Source: Leptonemataceae bacterium
GTDB lineage: Bacteria > Spirochaetota > Leptospiria > Leptospirales > Leptonemataceae
Direction of reading: 5' to 3'
Length of the DNA: 64,000 nucleotides
Assembly (NCBI GenBank): GCA_965227295.1
Contig: OZ245742.1
Location: 2,656,001 to 2,720,000 of the forward strand
The position numbers and the translations under genes are program-made. Below are positions 57,801 through 64,000 of the stretch, one piece after another; position 1 is the first letter of the stretch; every line of letters starts with the position of its first letter. The notes below the pieces were generated by a model. The model had not been told where the DNA came from and did no database searches. It saw only the letters and a list, made by a program, of their open reading frames with translations.

Positions 57801-59441
57801 TCACTTGCTGACCGGAATTACCTGATTCAGCAAATCTCTCGCGCAGACTCGCAGCGCCATGACTTCCTCGGCGCCCTCGAAGATCGAGAAGACCCGGGCG
57901 TCCACGAAGTAGCGGGATACCGGATACTCCTCGGCGTAGCCCATGCCGCCGTGAATCTGCATGGCCTCGCGTGTGACCCATTCGCTAATGCGCGATCCGT
58001 AGAACTTAACGAGCGTGGCTTCCATGTTGCCCTTGCCCTCGTCCATGAGGCGCGCCACGTGCAGACCGTACTGGCGCGTGGCCTGGGTGATCATGGCCAT
58101 GCGGGCGAGCTTCCACTTCGTTAACTGGTACCGACCGATCTCTTTGCCGAAGACCTTGCGTTCGTTCGCGTAGCGCGCGCCGGCCTCCATGGCCGCCTGC
58201 ATGACTCCGCAGGCCCGGGCCGCCGTCTGCACGCGACCGCCGGCGAAACCGGCCATCTGCATGTAGAAACCTTTGCCGCGACCCTCTTCGCCGCCGATGA
58301 GGTTTTCGTCCGGCACGAAATAGTTGTCGAAGTTGACTTCGAAAGAGTGCATGCCGCGGTAACCGATCGTGGCGATGGCCCCGCCCTCGATGCTGCCGCC
58401 GCCGTCCTGTTTGTGCGAGAACTTGTGTCCGTTGAAGCGCGGCTTCTCGGCCATGAGGATGGACATGCCGCGGTGGGTGGGATCGTCTTCCGTGCGCGCG
58501 AGGACCATGATGATGTCCGCGTAACCGGCGAACGTGCACCAGGTCTTCACGCCGTTGATGAGCCAGCCGCCGTCGGTTTTTTTGGCGCCGACCTTCATGC
58601 CGGCGACGTCGGAGCCGTAGTTCGGCTCGGTGACCGCGACGCAGTTCATGCGTTCGCCGGCGGCGAGCATGGGCAGCCACTTCTCTTTCTGCGCGTCGGT
58701 GCCGCCCTTGAGCAGGGCCTTGCTTAAGATTTCGGGGCGGGTGATGAGCGAGCCGGCGATGGCCAGGCCGCCGCGGGACAGCTCCTCGGTCACGACCATC
58801 ATGCCCTGGTTGCCGTAATCGTCCAGGTAGCCGCCGTACTGGCCGGGAATGGTGATGCCGAAGGCGCCGAGTTCCACCAGGCCGTCGATGATTTCTTGCG
58901 GCAGGTCCTCGTCGTTGCGATGGATATGCTCCGCGTGGGGCATGACCTTCTCTTCCGCGAACTGGCGGAAGGTGTCGCGCATCATGAGGTGGTCTTCGGT
59001 GAGGCCGTGGGCGCCGTAGTTGCCGTCCAGGACCTGGTCGGCGATTTGATTGTAGCGGTTGTGTGCGCAGGCATCCTGCACGAGCTTGTTGTTGTCGGCG
59101 GAGAAAAGATCGCTCAGGGCCTGGTCCGAGATGCCGTACTCGGCCTGGCGGCCGGCCAGCTCGCCGCGGAGTTTGTTGAACGCCTCGCCGGCGAACATGT
59201 ATGCCAGGTGTTGTTCGAATTCTCCGGAGCCGGTGCTGGCTTCGAAGGCGTGCTGCTCGAAGTAGTTCGAGATGTATGATTCAGCGGTGTGCCACGCGAG
59301 GTTGTAGTGGACGTACTGGTTCTCGTCCATTTTCTCGACGGAGATTTTTCCGCCGTCCTCGGCCTGATCTGCAAGATGACGGGTTACGTCTTTCAACGTG
59401 TTTTCGAGTTGTTCGTTGAGTTTGCGGATATTTTCCTTCAT
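57801..59441 (-). CDS. Acyl-CoA dehydrogenase family protein
   Basis: AVTEPNYGSD, NGVKTWCT, AMQIHGGMGY..EY.V.R, IFEGAEE. Confidence 0.95.
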   Translation of the reverse strand: MKENIRKLNEQLENTLKDVTRHLADQAEDGGKISVEKMDENQYVHYNLAWHTAESYISNYFEQHAFEASTGSGEFEQHLAYMFAGEAFNKLRGELAGRQAEYGISDQALSDLFSADNNKLVQDACAHNRYNQIADQVLDGNYGAHGLTEDHLMMRDTFRQFAEEKVMPHAEHIHRNDEDLPQEIIDGLVELGAFGITIPGQYGGYLDDYGNQGMMVVTEELSRGGLAIAGSLITRPEILSKALLKGGTDAQKEKWLPMLAAGERMNCVAVTEPNYGSDVAGMKVGAKKTDGGWLINGVKTWCTFAGYADIIMVLARTEDDPTHRGMSILMAEKPRFNGHKFSHKQDGGGSIEGGAIATIGYRGMHSFEVNFDNYFVPDENLIGGEEGRGKGFYMQMAGFAGGRVQTAARACGVMQAAMEAGARYANERKVFGKEIGRYQLTKWKLARMAMITQATRQYGLHVARLMDEGKGNMEATLVKFYGSRISEWVTREAMQIHGGMGYAEEYPVSRYFVDARVFSIFEGAEEVMALRVCARDLLNQVIPVSK

Positions 59442-59557
59442 AGTACGAGCATTTTATGCAAGGCGGCTCTCCTGACCACCCAAAATCGTCCATAGAGGGC
59501 CGTTTTATGTCTTAAGACGATCGCGGCGTGCACGGCTGACGCCCGAGTATAAATGAA

Positions 59558-60622
59558 ATGATTATGTCGAAAAAAACAACCACGCATGCCGGCGTGCTAT
59601 TGATCAACCTGGGCTCTCCGGACGCCCCGCGACCGCGGGAAGTCCGCCGATACCTCCGGGAATTTCTCTCGGACCCGCGCGTTATCGACATCCCGGCGGT
59701 GGCGCGCTGGCTGTTGCTGAATCTGATTATCCTGCCGTTCCGCCCGCGGGAGTCCGCGGCGGCGTATCGCAGCATCTGGACCGATCGCGGCAGTCCGCTG
59801 ATCTATCATACGGAAGATCTTACGGCAAAAGTCGCCGCGCGCCTGGCAAAGCAGCACGGTGACGGCGTTGTCGTGAAGTTCGCCATGCGCTACGGCAATC
59901 CGTCGATCGCGTCGGCCCTGGCGGAGTTCCGGGACGCGGGTGTGCGGGACATTCACGTGCTGCCGCTGTATCCGCAGTACTCCACGGCGGCGACGGCCTC
60001 TTCGATTGCGAAGGTGTTCGCAGAGGCCGGCGAGCACTGGAACCCGGCGGCGATTCGCATTCTGCCGCCGTTCTTCGATGCGCCGGAGTGGTTGGATCCG
60101 TATGCCGCCGTGGCCGCGGCGAGTTTGAAAGATGCGGCGGCGCGTTCGAAAATTGATCGTTTTGATCATATTTTGTTTTCGTTCCACGGCATCCCGGAGC
60201 GGCACATTCTCAAGGGCAATGTCGATCAGCACTGCGAGTTCGGGAAGTGTTGCGATGTGATCGGGCCGAAGAATTTGTTTTGTTATCGCGCGCATTGTTT
60301 TGCGACGGCGCGGGAACTCGCGGCGCGGCTCAAGTTGAAGGACGGTGAGTGGGGCGTGTCGTTCCAGTCGCGGTTGGGGCGCACGCCCTGGTTGCGTCCG
60401 TATACGGACTTCGAGTTTGCGGAGTTGCCGGGGCGGGGTGTGAAGCATCTGGCGGTGCTGAGTCCGGCGTTCGTTGCCGATTGTCTCGAAACGCTCGAGG
60501 AGCTCGATATGCGCGGGCGTGAGTCGTTTCGTGAAGCGGGGGGCGAGTCGTTTCATTATGTGCCATGCGTGAACAGTGACGATGCGTGGGCTGATGGCGT
60601 GGTGAAGCTCCTGGGGTTGTGA
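59558..60622 (+). CDS. hemH: Ferrochelatase
   Basis: LINLGSP, FLSDPRVI, MRYGNP, PLYPQYS, FSFHGIP, FQSRLG..WL.P, DCLETLEE. Confidence 0.97.
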   Translation: MIMSKKTTTHAGVLLINLGSPDAPRPREVRRYLREFLSDPRVIDIPAVARWLLLNLIILPFRPRESAAAYRSIWTDRGSPLIYHTEDLTAKVAARLAKQHGDGVVVKFAMRYGNPSIASALAEFRDAGVRDIHVLPLYPQYSTAATASSIAKVFAEAGEHWNPAAIRILPPFFDAPEWLDPYAAVAAASLKDAAARSKIDRFDHILFSFHGIPERHILKGNVDQHCEFGKCCDVIGPKNLFCYRAHCFATARELAARLKLKDGEWGVSFQSRLGRTPWLRPYTDFEFAELPGRGVKHLAVLSPAFVADCLETLEELDMRGRESFREAGGESFHYVPCVNSDDAWADGVVKLLGL

Positions 60623-60646
60623 ACTCCGAGGACCGAGGGGCCGAGG
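60622..60646 (+). repeat. Family A solo arm overlapping the hemH stop
   Basis: AACTCCGAGGACCGAGGGGCCGAGG; the first 24 nt are identical to the 57664 arm. Confidence 0.88.
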
Positions 60647-60759
60647 TTTTTTGCGGAGGGTCGCGTCTGGTGATTGGTCGTTTGCAATGAATGGTGGTCT
60701 GCATGCGGGGACAACACGGGCGCAAAGCCGTGCCGGTTTACGCTGAGAGTCGCGGACAC

Positions 60760-61791
60760 CCTCGACAGACGATCCCACTGATTGGTGCGATTTTAAGTTT
60801 GCCTGCTGCGTTCATCGGCTTCTTCCGTTTTACGCGCGGCGATCCACCGAAGCCCGTCGAAGCAGAGGCGCCGCCAACTTCGACGTCCCCGATTCTTACG
60901 CGCGGTTCTTCGTGGGCCGCGATTGTCTCGCGGGCGATCGGCGCGGGAGTGAAGATTCCGAGGGACTGTCGCAGGGAGATATCATCCGCTACTGCTATCA
61001 GAACTGGCCGGGCTCGGAGCGCGTGCTGCTCGTCTTCGAAAACGCGGAGAGCGCGGGCGTAGGTCTCAGTGATATTAAGTTACCGCCGGAGAGTCTTAGT
61101 CGGTTTCGGGTGTTGATCCTGTCGCAGCGCCACTACGGCGAGGCCGGGTGGCTGGAGACGATCGTGCTGGATGTGCTGGAGCCGGACGATGCGGCGAAGT
61201 TGCTGCTGCACCTGGTCGGCCGCGGTACGCACGACGCGGCGCGGGAGTTGTGCGCGGAGCTGGGCTATCTGCCGCTGGCGGTGGAGCTTACGGGGCGTTA
61301 CATTCGCGATAGCGAGCGCGATCTTGCGGCCGTGCGTCGACAGCTTCATCTGGATGCGGCGGCGTTGCAGAAGCGTTCGGACATGACGGCCACGCACGCG
61401 AGTCTGCGCGCGGCGGTCGGGTGTTGACGGCGGAGGCGCGTGAGGTTCCGCAGGCGATGACGCTGGTGATTGCGGATCGGGTGGCGCCGGTGTTGCCGCA
61501 TATTGAGATGTTGCAGGGTCGTCAGGACGAAGCGGAGCCGCTGTTTACTGAGTCGCTGTCGTTGCGCCGCCGTGTGCTGGGCGATGATCATCCGGCTGTG
61601 GCGCAGAGCCTGAATAATCTGGCGGCATTGTATGATGATCAGGATCGTTACGCCGAAGCGGAGCCGCTCTACGTACAGGCTGTGTCTATCGCCGAAAAGG
61701 CCCTCGGTCCCGACCATCCCGACACGCAACTATTCGCAACAACCTCGCGATCTTCCGCGCGAAGGAGCAGCAACGTTCCGGCGATACCTGA
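60760..61791 (+). pseudogene. Fragmented NB-ARC (STAND) plus TPR gene
   Basis: LC.ELGYLPLAVEL (GLPL motif), degenerate Walker B (VLLVFENA), no Walker A. TPR QGR.DEAEPL...LGDDHP.VA.SLNNLA lies in another frame; frameshift before TIRNNL. Confidence 0.8.
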
Positions 61792-61810
61792 ATTGCCTGC
61801 GAACCACAAC

Positions 61811-61938
61811 TCTTCGCGTTAGCGATTGGAAGGGTCGCGGCGAAGCCGCGAGTCCGGAGCGCGCAGCGCGGAGGACCGCAGCCGAAGGCGGAGCCCTGGA
61901 AAGCGCGACCCGAGCGCAGCGAGGGGAACGCCCAAAAA
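61811..61938. repeat. Family B multi-hairpin repeat, single copy
   Basis: Starts TCTTCGCGTTAGCGATTGGA (19/20 identical to 27180-27199) and ends ACGCCCAAA like 27291-27299. Confidence 0.85.
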
Positions 61939-62001
61939 GATTCCTCTACATGAAGCCTTTATTCTTCTTGTTCTACAAAGTCACGCCAGGATCGTTACTC
62001 T

Positions 62002-63246
62002 ATGGACGGCAGCAGTTCACGCAAGCTTGGTTTTACCAGTTCCATTTTGCATTCGGATCGCCTGGGCGGGCCGGAGCATGGATCGTTGCATAAGCCCATC
62101 CATACCTCGGTCGCCTACGGTTACGAGGACGCGCGGGACCTGGCCGCGGTGTTTCAGAATCGCGCGACGGGTTTCGCGTACGGCCGGCAGAATAATCCCA
62201 CGGTCAAAGCCCTCGAAGAAAAGATCACCGTCATGGAAGACGGCCTTGCCACGGTATGTTGCGGCACGGGCATGGCGGCCATCGGGCAGACGATCCTCGC
62301 GCTGCTGCGCCACGGCGATCACTTTGTTTCGTCGGCGTTTTTGTTCGGGAATACCAACTCCATGTTCAACACGTTTAAGGCCCACGGCCTCGGCGTGGAC
62401 TTCGTCGATGCGACGGACGTCGAAAACGTGAAGGCCGCGGTGAACGAGCGGACGCGTCTGGTGTTCGTCGAAACGATTGCGAACCCGCGCACGCAGGTGG
62501 CGGACCTGGAACGCATCGGCGAGTTCTGCCGGGAGCGCGGGCTCATCTACGTCGTCGATAACACCATGACGTCGCCGTATCTGTTTCGCCCGAAAGATGT
62601 GGGCGCCTCGCTGGTGATCTCGTCGCTCACCAAATACATCGGCGGTCACGGCGACGCCCTGGCCGGTTCGGTGACGGACACGGGTCTGTTCGATTGGGGG
62701 AGTTACGCTAACATCTACGAAAGTTATCTCAGTCAACCGGTGGAACGCCGCGGCATTGTGCAGATCCGCAAAAAAGGTCTGCGCGATTTCGGTGCCGCGC
62801 TCTCGCCCGAGGCGGCGCATTCGATCTCCGTGGGTTCGGAGACGCTCGCCCTGCGTCAGGCGCGGCAGTGCGACAACGCCGACGCCTTAACGGCGTTTCT
62901 CGAAAAACACCCGAAAGTCAAACGCGTGTATCATCCGGGGCTCGCGTCTCACGGCCAGCACGAGATCGCGAAGAAACTCTTCCGGCGTTTCGGCGCCCTG
63001 TTCAGTTTTGAACTGGATGACTCCCTCGATTGTTTCGATTTTCTGAATCGTTTGCAGGTGGTAATTTCTTCGAGTAACCTGGGCGACACGCGCACGCTGG
63101 CCATTCCGGTGGCGCATACGATCTTCTTCGAGATGGGCGCTGAACGCCGCGCCAGCATGGGCATCGACGAGAACTTGATTCGCGTGTCCGTGGGGATCGA
63201 GGACGAAGAGGATTTGATCGCGGACTTTGAAGTGGCGCTGGGGTAG
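62002..63246 (+). CDS. Cystathionine gamma-synthase family PLP enzyme (O-acylhomoserine sulfhydrylase-like)
   Basis: YGRQNNPT, GMAAI, ETIANP, VDNT, SLTKYIGGHGD, NLGDTRTL, IRVSVGIE. Confidence 0.93.
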   Translation: MDGSSSRKLGFTSSILHSDRLGGPEHGSLHKPIHTSVAYGYEDARDLAAVFQNRATGFAYGRQNNPTVKALEEKITVMEDGLATVCCGTGMAAIGQTILALLRHGDHFVSSAFLFGNTNSMFNTFKAHGLGVDFVDATDVENVKAAVNERTRLVFVETIANPRTQVADLERIGEFCRERGLIYVVDNTMTSPYLFRPKDVGASLVISSLTKYIGGHGDALAGSVTDTGLFDWGSYANIYESYLSQPVERRGIVQIRKKGLRDFGAALSPEAAHSISVGSETLALRQARQCDNADALTAFLEKHPKVKRVYHPGLASHGQHEIAKKLFRRFGALFSFELDDSLDCFDFLNRLQVVISSSNLGDTRTLAIPVAHTIFFEMGAERRASMGIDENLIRVSVGIEDEEDLIADFEVALG

Positions 63247-63269
63247 GTTTCAGAGCGATGAGGAAATTG

Positions 63270-64000
63270 CTAAGGCACCGAGAACTCCCTCGATTGGATT
63301 AATGGCGTTCTGATGATCGAATCGACAACTTGCTTTAATTGGCTGTTCGCCGTCTTCGATGATATGAAATTTGCAAGATCGCGGTAGCGCAGCAGAGTCA
63401 GTTCCATTTCCGTAAAAGATTGTAGTTTCCAATTCGAATCATCGTAATCGATTTCGTGTAACGTTGGATCATTATAATCGTGTTTCTTCAATAGCCTCGC
63501 TCGCAGGTGGTTTCGAGCCTGGGTAAATCCGTCTTGAAAACAAAAATCGACAGGTTCCTTGCCCAGAATGGAGAAGATCTTTTCGTCATAATCCATGCTC
63601 ATCCCGCCCACCAGAGGATTCCGAGGTTCTCCGCTCGTCTCGGCTGAAAAAAAGAACTCAAGGGTGTAATGGGAGACATCAGGAGGTGGTTCTTCACCGA
63701 GAGCCAGCAGGATATAAAGCTCTCCCGGATATGAGCCCATGTGGCGATAGAAGCGAATCCTGTCCGGTTCGCTGGAGTACATGCGTAATGCGAGCTGGTC
63801 CGCATTCCAGGTGCCCGGACTGAATTCTGTGAGGACTGTGAGGACTCTTAATTCACTAACCCCGTGGACCGTCGCTATTGTACTACGGAGCTTTGCCAGA
63901 GTTGCGGCGGCATCGCTGTAATGCCCAGGTGTTGGAACATAGAGCTGGAAGTCTGAACTGACACCGGCCTGCGGCGGAGGGGCATAACTGCTTCCTCTCG
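63270..64000 (-). CDS. Hypothetical protein, 3' part (start lies beyond the window)
   Basis: Frame stays open from 63782 to the window end on manual translation; AT-richer than the core. Confidence 0.65.
   Translation of the reverse strand, partial: RGSSYAPPPQAGVSSDFQLYVPTPGHYSDAAATLAKLRSTIATVHGVSELRVLTVLTEFSPGTWNADQLALRMYSSEPDRIRFYRHMGSYPGELYILLALGEEPPPDVSHYTLEFFFSAETSGEPRNPLVGGMSMDYDEKIFSILGKEPVDFCFQDGFTQARNHLRARLLKKHDYNDPTLHEIDYDDSNWKLQSFTEMELTLLRYRDLANFISSKTANSQLKQVVDSIIRTPLIQSREFSVP

Noticed and set aside
60700..60760. GGGCGCAAAGCC resembling a c-di-GMP-I riboswitch
   Set aside because: The upstream GCAAAC...GAAA tetraloop stem is absent; the sequence is explained by a simple hairpin
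61799..61814. 15/16 match to the reverse complement of the repeat block near 16474-16489
   Set aside because: Flanks do not align; one match of this length is plausible by chance
1..64000. tRNA, rRNA, integrase or transposase genes
   Set aside because: No cloverleaf, rRNA signature, or DDE/HUH/tyrosine-recombinase motif was recognised by eye

Overview
GC-rich bacterial chromosome segment, most consistent with a Leptospiraceae-like spirochete (inferred from a LipL45-like lipoprotein, spirochete-type lipoboxes, metX-metW, and the radA-ctpA-SpoIIE-STAS-tsaD-pssA block). Core genes: phoH, 7TM-HD phosphodiesterase, ybeY, rpsF-ssb-rplI (no rpsR), dnaB, radA, ctpA, tsaD, pssA, exbBD, metXW, hemH, an acyl-CoA dehydrogenase and a PLP sulfhydrylase. 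An ~11 kb accessory block splits phoH/HD from ybeY. It holds an AT-richer SIR2-TPR gene, a DUF1549/1553-DUF1501 pair, a P450 and a ~650 bp non-coding modular tandem repeat. Other accessory items are a PLA2-like Cys-rich lipoprotein and several pseudogenes. Two families of dispersed palindromic repeats occupy the intergenic spaces, and one inverted pair brackets an inserted gene. A partner-switching/ECF-FecR region has four envelope proteins sharing a ~45-aa Sm-like module. No rRNA, tRNA, CRISPR array or transposase was recognised. All family assignments come from reading motifs by eye, not from database searches.
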